From: Anthoceros angustus
Taxonomy: Eukaryota > Plantae > Anthocerotophyta
Assembly (NCBI GenBank): GCA_010909165.1
Contig: MU008183.1
Location: 1-64,000 of the forward strand
Reading direction: 5' to 3'
Length of the DNA stretch: 64,000 bases
The notes beneath the pieces were generated by a model. That model was not told the DNA's origin. It was given only the letters and a program-made list of their open reading frames with translations, and searched no databases. Positions 11,372 to 23,900 of this stretch are shown piece after piece. How positions within the stretch are numbered: position 1 is the stretch's first letter; the number at the start of each line of letters is the position of its first letter. The translations under genes and the position numbers were made by a program.

Positions 11372-12438
11372 CATAATGTACACATACACCAATTGTCCAG
11401 CAGGACGTTGCTGCACAGTCCAGCTCTTGTCCGAGATGTCGAGCGGAGAGTGCTCCATAAACAACTTTACAACATACTGTTTAGCTTCCTTGTAAGGACT
11501 TTGAAAAGATGCTACGGTCGGAGTTGATGTGGTGGTAGCAGGAGTCACTACTATCGTGTTACGCATCTTTGGGGGTCTTGGTCTGGACTCGTGAGGTTTT
11601 CCATCTGGGCATGCGAATCAACGGCCTTACGCCGTGCCCGTTTCTTGTCCGCCGCTGGCACTCCTTCTCCATCAGGAGCATTGTTCCGCTTCTTGTTTAG
11701 AGGGGCCATCTGTACAAATTGAGCAAGCAGCTGTTAGTTGCTCAAGGGTCTATGAGCACCTAATCGGGAATGCAATGGTGAATCAAGAGCAAGAAACAAC
11801 CTCTCCACCTGTCGACCCCGATGTCCTGCAGTGACACCAACTTCAGGACGATGTACCACCCCGCCAGTCACACACCTATGGTTCTGCATGCGCACAATAA
11901 TACTATGAGAATGTGCCCTCTATACCCGCCAGGATGAATCGATTTTTGGCGCCAAATTCAGTCTTCCCGCGCAGTAGACGACTGAATGATGGCTCATGGC
12001 AACTAGATCGTGACCGGCATGTGGAGGACCTGCATGAATCGCGCATACGGTCATAAATTAAATGCGGTCAGGCGTGCATTTGCTAAGTTTAAATTAGATG
12101 GGTGGTCAACTGGTCACAACAAGATACTGACCTTCCACGAATATTCGGGTTTTGCCGGTAATAAGCCGGTTTGCCATATGCATAACATCTGACGTCTCGA
12201 TCATGGCAATCATTTGTGGCATTTAACGATCTTCAGCCGCCATGAGCTGTAGCCGCAAATCACACGTCCGTGTTTATTGACGTCGGTCATTGCGGCCCAG
12301 CATCCGAGATATCTAGTCACATCTTAGAAAACCTGACCAATTGCGTGTCTTCGACTCTGAGCACATTGCGGCCATCACTGTTGGCTTGTCTCTGGTAGCA
12401 CGCGATGGCTAACGACATAAGCGCGGAGGAGGAGTTCT

Positions 12439-12634
12439 TAAAGCGAGTGTGGATCATTCAAGGGGGCACGAGCGGGTGCGAGCGAAAGCACATGAGCGCG
12501 GCAGAAAAATGAAAACGGTTATTTAGTTCATGGGAAAATCAAGCATATATACAAAAGTTGTGTAAGTGGTTATAAGCTCATAAAACCACTAGCATATAGT
12601 CAACCTAACTTTAGATGACTTAACTATTTCATTA
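12439..12634 (-). repeat. 3' LTR of copia element
   Basis: Near-identical to 18490-18679 and adjacent to the PPT. Confidence 0.95.
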
Positions 12635-12988
12635 CTCCCTCTTGGTTGCAATGAACAGCTCAAGAGGAAGTATTTAAGCAATAAAATATTGTCTTAAACT
12701 TAGAACCTTGATTTGGGTTCAGTACAAAACTAAAAAAGAATCAAAATGATTTGCTGGCCAGGACTTGACCGCCTCCTCGTGACCAGCAGTTACGCCTCAC
12801 CACTTACGCTCCTAGCTCCTCCGCCACCGCCTGGCGCCTAAATCCAGATACAAATACCATGGCGCTCCAAATCTCCAGCCTTGAGATTTGCAATCTAATC
12901 AAGGCTCCTCCTGGGTTGGTTCACAATATGCCTGGTAGGTATATGGCTGCTGGGTTGTAAGCACTGCTGCTTAACCACTGAGGATCCT

Positions 12989-13456
12989 ATGGCGAAGGTT
13001 CCCAATGGCGTTGAGTGCATTCACTGTGGAAGGGAGTGGATACCTGCCTCAAAGTTCTCACCTCGACAGTGGATTCTACACAGCTCTATATGCGAACATC
13101 CTCCTACAGACTTCAACGCCCAAAAACAACAAGCAGTATCAAGGATTACAACAAGGTATATCTCAAGACCGAGACACGGTGAAAAGGCTCAGCCTTATGA
13201 CACTCCAAGTGTAGTGTCCTTTGAAGGAAGACTGACCAAGGAGCAATACCAGGATGCTATGCTGAAAGCAATGCCAAAAGAGGAAGAAGAGCTTGAGTAC
13301 TACTATGCATATAGAATCACATCGGAGGCACAGAAGGCACTCAGCAAAGAAGACCAGCTGATACTGACGCGGGCTGATAAGGTCACTGGCAGTGATAAGA
13401 CTCCCTCTGAAGAGGAAAAACAGAAGAAAAGAAAGTATGACGACCCAGATGCGTAA
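12989..13456 (+). CDS. Antisense extra ORF of the copia element; putative CxxC...HxxxC zinc-finger protein with a C-terminal basic NLS-like motif
   Basis: Uninterrupted 155-aa ATG-to-stop ORF (CIHCGREW...WILHSSIC; KQKKRKY) between RNase H and the PPT, opposite to pol. Confidence 0.6.
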   Translation: MAKVPNGVECIHCGREWIPASKFSPRQWILHSSICEHPPTDFNAQKQQAVSRITTRYISRPRHGEKAQPYDTPSVVSFEGRLTKEQYQDAMLKAMPKEEEELEYYYAYRITSEAQKALSKEDQLILTRADKVTGSDKTPSEEEKQKKRKYDDPDA

Positions 13457-13652
13457 GGCGCTTACAAAATGCGTGTGAGCTTCATCCACCGCCTTCCTAA
13501 CCTACCTCCCAAAGATGCTCAACTCACCTTGTTTACCTGCTCTTGCAGTCTCTGGATGAATCAAGAAAACCACCACCGCCGCAAACATCAAGGCAAAATC
13601 AGAGAGAAGGGCTATCACATAAATCTAGGAGCATGCTGCAAGGAGGAGTAGA

Positions 13653-16600
13653 CTAGTGGGCTATCCCTTTTCCAAGCGCAGGTGATATTTGGCTGATCCC
13701 TGCTGCTGCCACATGCTTCTGATGCAGCAATTTTGGAAGTGCTTTTGTCAGGACATCAGCAACATTCTCACCTGTTGGAATATATCGAACATCTACCTCT
13801 CCTTTGTCATAAGCTTGTCTAATGAAATGATGTGTGATTTCGATATGCTTGGAGCGGGCGTGAAAAACCGGGTTCTTCGTGAGTGCTATAGCCGATTGGT
13901 TGTCACACCACAACCTTGTAGCTCGGTGGCAATTGAAGACCACGTAGAAAGGAACGTAACCAAAATGACTTCACGGGCAGCTTGAGGCATGCTCGTGCTT
14001 AGTGGATGATAGACAAATTGTCGTAAGCTTCTTGCTAGACCAGGATACCACTGAGCCACCCAACAGGTTACAATAAGCTACTATGCTCCTTCTTGAATCC
14101 GGATCTCCAGCCCAATCCGCATCGCAAAATCCAACTAGCTCCAATCCAGCAGCCTGCTTGGTATACTTCAGGCCTAAACGAGGAGTTCCCTTAAGATAAC
14201 GGAATATTCTCTTAACTGCTGCCCAGTGCACCTCTCCCGGGTTCTCTAAAAATTGAGAAACATTGCTTACCGGATATATCCAACCTTGTCCAAGATGCTA
14301 GATATAGAAGACTACCGCCGTATGGGCGAGTGGCCATCAAGTCCTTCTCTTCCGTGTAGTTGGGCAATGTTCCGGATAGCTTCTCACTTGTTGACATAGG
14401 TGTTGACAGGCGTGCCTCGGCCATGTTGAACTTGAAAGTAGTGAAGTGCTCTTGATGCAACTCAAGCTGTATGCCTATCTTGAGAAAACTGGGCCGAACA
14501 CCAAGAGAAAACAAAGTTGCCCAAGGTCGGTCATGTCAAACGAGATAAAAGAACACTTTTGATTCGCCATCAACACCAAAGAATCTTGAAAGGAAGTTGT
14601 CGTCACATAAACGGATATAATAAGAAAGTCATCTCCATCCCACAATATGTAGCGACTATCAAGATCCAAGCGGGTAAAACCCAATTCTATCGGAGCATGA
14701 ACGCGTTTCATTCCAAGCTCTGGATTGTTTCAGCCATAAAGTGTCTTGAGCAATAGGCAAACTTTCTCCTCGTCTATAACAAAACCTTCAGGCTGATGCA
14801 TGTAAATCTCTTCTTCTAATGTACCATTAAGAAATGTTGTCTTAACGTCTAGTTGGTGAACGTAAAGACCAAAATGGGCTGCTAGAGATAGCAATATTCT
14901 GACTGAAGTAGACTTCACCACAGGCGCAAATGTCTCGTTATAGTCTAACCCAGCAACTTGGCTATATCCTTTAGCTACTAACCTAGATTTGTAGCGGCCA
15001 ACACTGCCATCTGTGTTGAGTTTCTTTTTAAAGACCCATTTACAAGCTACTGGTTTACGACCTTCTGGTAAGTCTACAAGTTTCCAAGTACCATTTTCCA
15101 TTAAAGAGTTGTATTCAGTATGGACTCCTTCCAGTCGCCTCGGGCCCTGATGGCTTCAAGGTAACTAGTTGGCTCATAAGTGTTAAAGTTTGGAACAGAG
15201 TTTTGGAAGCTACACCAGAACAAATGGTGGTTACATCCACTCATGGCGAGGGGTCTAGACCTAGTAGACCGGAAGGGTGAGGATGGTGTGGCTTGGCGGA
15301 AGGAGGATCGAGGCAACTAAAAATCGAGGCACGGAGGATCAACTCACATTCATCAAGGAGCAAACTCAGCAGTAAAGTAGACTCATCCGATTCAAGAAGA
15401 TGACATGGTGATGGGCGAGGTGACTCGGGTTGATGTGCCCCGAAGTCAAGAGTTGTATCCTCAAAATCAAAGAAGCAACATCGGTGTCCTTATCATCAGG
15501 AAAATCAGCGTCATCATCAACACCATGGATAGTGGCGAGGCAACACATAAGAAGGTGATAACAAGTCATGTCGGAGTAAAGCATTCTCATGGAAAATCAC
15601 CTGCGTGAATAAGTAACTTGCCGAGTCGATCAACGACTTGTAACCCTTCACTTCCTCGGATAGCCAACAAAGATTCGACGACGACCGGGTCGAGCTTACG
15701 TCTCGGTGAGAAGGTACAAGGGCATATGTGCTGCCAAAATCCGCAAGTGAGTGATGCGTGGCTTCTTGCACATCCAACGTTCATATGGTGTAATGAGCCC
15801 AAGTTCTTTGGTAGGGACGATTACGCACATAAGTAGGCAGCGAGCTTCGCCCGGTAGCCCCGAGTCGATCCGGAAAAGACAAACTAGAAAGAGTGGCCTC
15901 TTGTAAGTACGATTTTGCGTTGACAAAGCGCATTCAGGCGGTGTATATGGTACGATGGCGATGAAGAACTCCCTCTGTTGCACAAAAGTCTGAAAAGGCA
16001 TGACTAATGTATTCTCCACCATTGTCTGACCTCAAAATCTTGAGTTTGCAGCCTGTCTGTCGTTGGGCCATAGTGACGAAATCTTGGAAACAGGTGAAAG
16101 TGTCACTTTTGCTATGCAGCACATATACTTTACAATATCTGCTCCATTCGTCAATGAAGGTCAGGAAATATTGGGCACCCCCAAAGGAGGCTGTGGACAT
16201 GGGGCCACAAAGGTCACTGTGAACCGTGTGGAGAAGACCGGTGCTCTGGATAAGTTCTGATCTCTAAATGGCTGGGAAATGGCTTTGCTAACTTGACAGA
16301 ATCGCAAAAGCATGGTTATCAAATGAGAATGACAGAATCTCTAAAAGCGTTATTCACCAACAAAGACAAACGCTGAAAATTGACGTGTCCCAAACGACAA
16401 TGCCACGGTGAGTGGGAGATAGTGATGGGACTGGTCATGGGTGCTTGGGAAAGAGTCCTGACATTCAAGAGATACAAGTCATTAAAAGGAGTTCCAGAGA
16501 AAATTTCATCCCAGTCAGCTATGTTAGAAATGGAACAACCAGAATGATCAAAACAAATTCTACAGGAGTGTTCCTCAGAAAGCTTAATGACTGACATTAG

Positions 16601-17810
16601 ATTTTTAGTCATGGCTGGGACAAATAGGACACCTGTAAGAATCATCGTGATGGAATTAGGCAGCTCGAGGGTGACTGAGCCTGAACCTTTAATGGACAGA
16701 CCACTATCATCACCTAATAAGACGAATCGACTATCGGTAAGAACTCATGGAAAACGCCTATCGTAACAAATGTGGCTAGTAGCCCCGAGTCCAAAACCAC
16801 ATGTCATCGAATTTGAAAGCTAAACAAACGAAGAATGGAAGGTGACTTAGCCGTTGTTGATGGCTTGGTAGCTAGGTTGGATTGAGGCGATCCATCCTTG
16901 CGTGGCTCTCAGACGCTTCTTCCTGATCCTTCTCAAAATGTCACGGATCTTACACGATTACAAGTAAAAGTCTTCCTTTGGAGATTTGGGTTTTAGTGGA
17001 ATAGCCCCTCGACCTTGTCCTCCACGACCACGTCCACGAAAGCTCCCTCGCCTCGGCGAAAATAGAACTCTCGAACTAAAATGTTGTTGGGAAGTCTCCT
17101 TTCCCTTATGAAAACCCTTAGTGCGCTCTTAGCAAAGCCCCTATCAGTTGGTCCAAGGAGGCGACAGCGGCAGAGGATGCACGAGCGGTGAACTCATAAA
17201 ATGGTAGCTCTGCGGAAGTGAAGCTAACATGGTCGGCTTGTTCCTCTGTAAGGGTTGTGCCACGATGCCAAGGTAGCTCGTGCGATCTGAGCGGTTAATA
17301 TAGGATTCAACGGATTCGTTGTCCCTCATCCTCATGCCAAAGAAGTCCTGTGCAAACACAGGATGCATTACTCTTATCCTTGTAAATCTGAAACTATGCC
17401 ACCACAAGCGAGGTGGTAGCACCCAAGGTGTGAGGCATCATGTTTTCGAGAGAAGCTATGAGGATTGAGCGTGCTCTCCTGTCCCTTCGTTTCGATCGAG
17501 CGTCTGCTGCATTTGTACCTTCTGCTGGGCATACTTCACTTCCATCTACCACCGACATCAACTCATTTTCCTCAAATATCCGGGTCAATCTCAATGACCG
17601 GTGTTGTAGTCGTTTCCATTGAAACGATCCTTGTCCCACAAATCGATCTTCAAGGCGGGTTGAGGAAGAGCGTGCCATAGTTGAGGTGGATGCCCGTCGA
17701 GGCGATGTGGAAGTTGTCGCAGTAGTTGTTAGCGTGAGGATCCCTCCGGTTGTGGTTGGGCGTGTTACATTCTGCTCGGGGAGATCAGGTGTCGCTCCCA
17801 AAGGAACCAC
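13653..17810 (-). pseudogene. copia gag-pol (frameshifted)
   Basis: Gag (LMSVVDGSEVCP, RARSIL), protease/pre-integrase region (VLFVPAMTKNLMSV, WHCRLGH), integrase (YFLTFIDEWSR, LRSDNGGEY), RT (TWKLVDLPEGRKPVACKWVFK, YKSRLVAKGY, QLDVKTTFLNG), RNase H (GFCDADWAGD, CDNQSAI, HARSKHIE, ADVLTKAL). Confidence 0.95.
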
Positions 17811-18489
17811 GGGGTATAACCAAAACCTCCTCGTGGCCCTTCACGAGCACCTTGTGGTTCTCTAGGATGCCCGAACTCAAAATTGAAATCAGGACGCCTA
17901 TAGCGTTCTTCACCACGCGTGGATCGGGATCGATCGCTCTGATGCCGCCGGAATCTAAGTCAAGTCCTCTTCTTGAGGAGGATCGGGCGTGTCCTAGGCG
18001 GCATCACATCCAACTCAAGCAGACATCGGTGGGGTCGCTTCTGCAACAAGCGGTCGAGCTCCACAAACTTCATGCGCTTGGAGTTCGATGGGTCGACATC
18101 GGAGGTAGAGTTGCGTGATACGCGGTGAGGCTCTCAACCAAATCACAAGTTCACGCACCTTAGCACGGCATGAAAGGACTTCACTTTCCTTTTCTGTCGG
18201 GGCCGCCTCGAGCGAGATGCCGTGGCTGGTGCGATTACCGTCTTGATTCTGGATGGAGGGTGATGGGCTCACTGCGCCTAGAACGGTTGCACGGTGGAAG
18301 CCTTGGTGAAGATTGCCGGACAGAATGATGATAATTCTCCGGCAAGTTGTGCGAAAAACCGGTTCGGTGAGGGAAAGTGATCAACTTCTATGTTGACCTT
18401 CCGCCTAGGCGCACGTGAGGCAATCCCTCTCTTAGGCATCGTGCCTCGTCACACATGGGCGCTCGTGATTGCCTAGTGGCTCGATACCA

Positions 18490-18679
18490 TAAAGCGAGTG
18501 TGGATCATTCAAGGGGCACGAGGGGTGCGGCAAGCACATGAGCGCGAAAAATGAAAAGCAGTTATTTAGTTCATGGGAAAATCAAGCATATATACAAAAG
18601 TTGTGTAAGTGGTTATAACTGTTCATAAAACCACTAGCATATAGTCAACCTAACTTTAGATGACTTAACTATTTCATTA
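18490..18679 (-). repeat. 5' LTR of copia element
   Basis: Matches 12439-12634 and abuts the PBS at 18478-18489. Confidence 0.95.
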
Positions 18680-19140
18680 GTTCTTTGATTTGGTAAACGA
18701 CAGAATAGTTCCAGCTGATGCAGATCTCGGACATGTGTCTTAGTCCGAGATAGTGAACTTGGCGGCGGTGGCCTCGGCACAGGACTTCCATGTCGACGAC
18801 CTCGGCACTGTGTCAGATTCCATCTTAGTAGACATTGCCGCAGCTGCACCAGCCGAGTTGAACCCCGGGACGTCCGGTGATGGCTTGCCCGTATTCGGGA
18901 GGCGAGCAGGACATGCCTTAGCCTTAGACGGACTGCGGGGTGATACATCGGACGTGGCATAGCGATGGAGATTTGCTCTTGTTTGATCCACGGATGGACA
19001 CGAGCGGGCGGGCGGGATCGAAGAAATCATGACCCATGTGGACGGGTGGCCCGCACCGGCGCCGTCATCTGGAGAGGCCTCGATATCCACATCTTGTGCA
19101 GATACTGCAGGCCACGCACCGACTGACTGCATAACGGGTT

Positions 19141-19440
19141 GTGTTCAAGTCACCGGAGGCGAAGAAATTGGCGGATGTTACCTTTCTGATCAAGTTCATG
19201 AGCAAAGGGAAGGAGCCTAGCAGATGCAGCGAGGACACCGAGACGGCGGTGAGGACAATGAGGCATTTCGAATGGTATTTTGCGGACGAGTGGGAAGGCG
19301 ATCGGGATGCGAAGGTGGCTCTGGGGCGAAGAGGCACTTGGCGGCCGTGAAGAAGGCGATCTCGAGGTTCTGTCCCCATCCGTGATTGCTCACGTCTAAC
19401 TGAAGTGTTGGATCGTAGAAGGGTACAAGCGAGTCCCCCA
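19141..19440 (+). pseudogene. Possible BTB/POZ N-terminal fragment
   Basis: LADVTFLIKF and a downstream VIAH resemble the BTB DV.F and AH motifs; weak similarity. Confidence 0.25.
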
Positions 19441-19564
19441 TCGTCGAAGTCCGCATAGGGAAGGAAGAGAGGAGGAGCTTTTGTTGGCAAACAGATTCCG
19501 GACAAGGCGGTGCACAACAGCAATGGGAAAGCCAAGAAATCAAAGGGGAAACAAGGGAAGCCTG

Positions 19565-20230
19565 CACTACTAGGAAAAGTGTACTTTTACCACGGACATT
19601 ACTACGGACTTTACAACGGGCATTACTACTCCCGTAGTAAAATGTCACTAGTAATCACATAGCGTTAGTGTCTGTGGTAAAGTCCAGTACATCGTATATG
19701 ATGGCTATACTCTGTATTCTATACGGAGTACGTATGGAGTATGTTAATAAAGTCTACCGTATACTAGTTACTCTTTAAATTACCAAACCTTTTACCACGG
19801 TATTTACTACATCAACAACCACGGACTTTACTCGGCCTAATCGTGGTTAAAAATAATGGTTAGTTAACGAGATTAGCTAACTACGGTATATTAACTTCAG
19901 TTAAATGAGTGGGTTTGGTTAATCATATGTTGACCATAGTTAATTAATCACGGTTAAGTAATCCGACACCGTTGTAAAATTCCATTGGATTCCTTGTAAA
20001 TCTCTCCGTTGTAGAAAAGATCTTCTAGTAATATTTTATAGTAAGTATTAAGTAGTAAAATCCTGTAGTAACAGCGTGGTTAACATATGTAGTAAAATTC
20101 TATAGTAAAAGTATGTTGTAAAATTCTATGGTAAAAGTCCGTAGTAAAATTCTATGGTAAAAAGTCCGTAGTAAAATTCTATAGTAAAAAGTTCGTAGTG
20201 AAATGTTTAGTAGTGGACTCTGTAGTAAAT
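19565..20230 (+). mobile_element. Orphan left end of a CACTA element (TIR plus subterminal repeats)
   Basis: CACTACTAGGAAAAG at 19565, followed by many TTTACTACGG / GTAGTAAAA repeats; no partner TIR was found. Confidence 0.7.
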
Positions 20231-20479
20231 GGAAGCATAGCAAAAGATTAGCTGCAAAGTGTATGCAGATTCATAAATGTTGTCAATTTCAGTGAGGAGG
20301 GAAGGGAGGGAAGAGGAGGGAGGTAGGCGGGGATAGGATGTAGGGGAGGAGGGAGTGAGGGAGGACAGTTCGGCCAAACCCAGCATTTGCAGACCAGGCT
20401 ACATCATCGGAGGCGTCATACACCTGCAATTCCGCCTTATGTGTATTCAAAAACAAAGTTGTCCTCTCAGCTAAGCCAA

Positions 20480-20870
20480 ATCCATGGCATTGCCCTTAGA
20501 AAACCAGGCATCCTACAGAAAATTTACACACCCAAATTATGAGGTCCTGGAACAAGAAATTTCAGACAAATCATGGAACATGGAAATGATGAAAACAACG
20601 ACATCAGCCTCTAACCTTAATCATGCAGACTTCCTCAGCATCATGCCACTGCGGGAAGGTGCCCTACCATCCACCGTCGTCTAAGACATTTTTTTTTATG
20701 ATGGCATCCATGACCTTGCCATCGCATTCATCGGTTGGGTAACCTGCCTCAACCAACAGGTTCCACACGTTAATAGCAGTGTCAATCATCTCAGTTTTCT
20801 GAAGAGGAGAGCGCAGGTGAGGTTGACATAGCAGCTTGGCTTGCTTCACAGTTCTGGCAGAGTTCTCCTG
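20480..20870 (-). pseudogene. Possible BTB-associated BACK-like gene fragment
   Basis: LLCQPHL...IDTAINVWNL...VMDAIIKKN and LRLEADVVVFIIS...DLSEISC resemble BACK helices. Confidence 0.3.
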
Positions 20871-20912
20871 TCACACGAACACCACCACCACAAACCGTCA
20901 GCATAATGGCAA

Positions 20913-23900
20913 CCCTACTAGAAAGGGCAGCCTATGTTACAGTCGTTGTTGCAATTTTATGTTACACTTCTAACTTGCAACATCATTTGGAGGCTTGGTA
21001 TTAAGTTTGTCATTTCTTTCCCAAGTGGGCCTACAATCTTAACACGAACTGGCTCTCTCTCCTACCACTTCACCCTCTTAACTACACCCCTCTCTCATGC
21101 ATTGTTTATGAATTTCCTCATGCAATTGCAACATGATCAGGACCTCTCTCTTCTCTCCATCCCCATCTTTATTACACCCCATTGGGAGTACAATTAGTTA
21201 ATGTTTTTCCTAGCGCTCTTCTTTGCACTCTCTCTTCACAACTATTTGTTAATGGTGCCCGACACGAATATCACGGTAACATGCCCATTAAGCACCTTTA
21301 AAGGTGACCTAAACATAATATTATTTACCTATGTCTAAGTTCGTGGGTCCGAGGCTCACTCTATGTTCGGAGGCAAGGAGAAGGAGGAGAGGAGGGAAGG
21401 GAGAGGAGGAGGAGGAGGAGGAGAGGCAAGGAGGAAAGGGGAGAGGGATCCGAGGTAGAGGAGGAGGAGGAGTAGGAGGAGGAGGAGGAGGAGGAAGGGA
21501 GAGGCAATGAGGAAAGGGGAGAGGGATCGAGGTAGAGGAGGAGGAGGAGGAGGAGGAGGAGAGAGGAGGCGAGAGGAAGGAGGAGGAGGGAAGGAAGGAG
21601 GGGAGATTATAAGGAGGAGGAGGGAAGATGGAAAGAAGAGGAGCAAGAGGAGGAGAGGGAAGGAAGAGGAGGAGAGGGAAAGAAGAGGAGGGTAGATGGG
21701 AAGGAGGAGGAGGAGGAGAGGAAAGAAGAGGCCCGTTCCATGCTGTGATTTCAAGTAAAGACCCGTTCAAGTGATTTCTAGTCTCAATTTTTCGATGCGT
21801 AACGATGTGACATGACGTAGGTGACGGATGGTGGCGGGGCATGATCACGTGTACACCAAGCGGATCTTGTACTTCCAATCTGATTTCCTCTCAATTTTCA
21901 GCTTGCGTAACTAGCTAGTGTGATTTGATGTTAGAGAAGGCGATAGGCAAGGAGGAAAGGGAGGGATCGAGGTAGATAAGGAGGAGGAGGAGGAGGAGGA
22001 GGGAGGCAAGGAGGAAAGGGGAGAGGAGGAGGGAGAGGGAGAGGAGGAGGAGGCAAGGAGAAGGAGGGAGAGGAGTAGAAGGGAGAGGAGGGAGGAAGAG
22101 GAGGAGGCAAGGAGGAAAGGGAGGGATCGAGGTAGAGGAGGAGGAGGAGTAGGAGGAGGAGGAGGAGGAGGAAGGGAGGCAATGAGGAAAGGGGAGAGGA
22201 GGGAGGCGAGAGGAGGAAGAGGAGGAGGAGGAGAGGAGGCGAGAGGGAAGGAGGAGGAGGCGAAAGGGGCGGAAGGGAGATTATAAGGAGGAGGAGGAAG
22301 ATGGAAAAGAGGAGCAAGAGGAGGAGAGGGAAGGAAGAGGAGGAGAGGGAAGAAGAGGAGGGTAGATGGGAAGGAGGAGGAGGGAGAGAGGAAAAGGAAG
22401 AGGAGGAGGCCCGTTCCATGCTGTGATTTCAAGTAGAGACCCGTTCCATGCTGTGATTTCTAGTCTCAATTTTCAGGTGATGCGTAACCGTGACATGACG
22501 TAGGTGACGGGATGGTGGCGGCATGATCACGTGTACACCACAAGCATCTTGTACTTCATGATTTCCTCTCAAATTTTCAGCGTAACTAGCTAGTGTGATT
22601 TGATGTTAGAGAAGGCGATAGGCAAGGAGGAAAGGGGACGGGGATAGGGTAGATAAGGAGGAGGAGGAGGAGGAGGGAGGAGAGGCAAGGAGGAAAGGGG
22701 AGAGGGATCCGAGGTAGAGGAGGAGGAGGCAAGGAGGAAAAGGGGAGAGGGATCGGGGTAGAGGAGGAGGAGGAGGAGGGAGAGGAGGCAAGGAGAAAAG
22801 GGGAGAGGGATCGGGGTAGAGGAGGAGGAGGAGGAGGAGGAGGAGGAGGAGGGAGGAGGAGGAGGAGGAGGAGGAGGAGGAGGAGGGAGGAGGAGGGAGG
22901 AGGAGGAGGAGGAGGGAGGAGGAGGAGGAGGAGGAGGAGGAGGAGGAGGAGGAGGAGGAGGAGGAAGGAGGGAGATGGGAAGAAGGAGGAGGAGGAGGGA
23001 GAGGAAAAGGAAGAGGAGGAGGCCCGGCGTGATTTCAAGTAGAGACCCGTTCCATGCTATGATTTCCAGTCTCAATTTTTAGGCGATGCGTAACCGTGAC
23101 ATGATGTTGGTGAAGGGATGGTGGCGGCGGGATCACGTGTACAACCAAGCGGATCTTGTACTTGCGAGCATTGCAAGGTCAAGCCAAGACTGTTCCAATG
23201 ATTTCCTCTCAAAATTTTCAGGATGCGTAACTAGCTAGTGTGATTTGATGTTAGAGAAGGCGATAGTAGCATGGCGGGTGTCTCGTGTACATGTACAATT
23301 GCAAGTAGTTGCAAGGTCGAGGCCAAGACCCATTCCATCTGTTATTTCTATCTCAAAATTTTCAGGCGATAACTGACTATGATGTGAAGTTAGGGAAGGC
23401 GATGGAAGAATGGAGGGTTTCATGTACATGTATAGCTGCAAGGTGAGGCCAAGACCCATTCCATCGTGATTTTCTACCTCAAAATTTTATTTGATGCGTG
23501 ACCACTAGTGATGTGACATTAGAGAAGGCGATGCTAGTAGGGTAGGGTCTTGGGTGAATAGGGAGTGACAAGGCTAGTGAACGGTAGGAGGGATGTGTTT
23601 AGAGGCGATCGGGAAGCACAAAGAAGGCAGTCACCAGCAAGTAACAAATATGTGTTGAGTGTGGACGGTGAAAACAAGGGAGTGGAAGAGGCGGGTGGCG
23701 GAGGGAGGGTAGGAGTGGAGCAACCAACAGCCATGGTCGAGGGGGCAAAAGGCGAACGGACATGAGGCGTTGTCTAGGGGAGAGAGAAGGAGGGAGGACT
23801 TGGAGCCAAACAACCCCACGGCGATAGCAAACATGGGTCTGAGCACAAACTCGTAGGCACAAAAGGCAATCGAGTGCTCAAGGACAAATTAGTAAACGTA

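Larger units (their letters stand above)
12439..18679 (-). mobile_element. Full-length Ty1/copia LTR retrotransposon
   Basis: LTRs at 12439-12634 and 18490-18679; 5-bp TSD GTTCT at 12434-12438 and 18680-18684; tRNA-iMet-type PBS TGGTATCGAGCC next to the 5' LTR; PPT AAGAGGGAG at 12635-12643; gag-PR-IN-RT-RH order. Confidence 0.95.

Noticed and set aside
20205-20216. TAGTAGTG as the right TIR partner of 19565
   Set aside because: No TSD match (CTG vs GAC), and the subterminal-type repeats continue past it.
21321-23075. Pro/Ser/Leu-rich extensin- or formin-like ORFs
   Set aside because: Artefacts of (GGA/TCC)n tracts, open in most frames.
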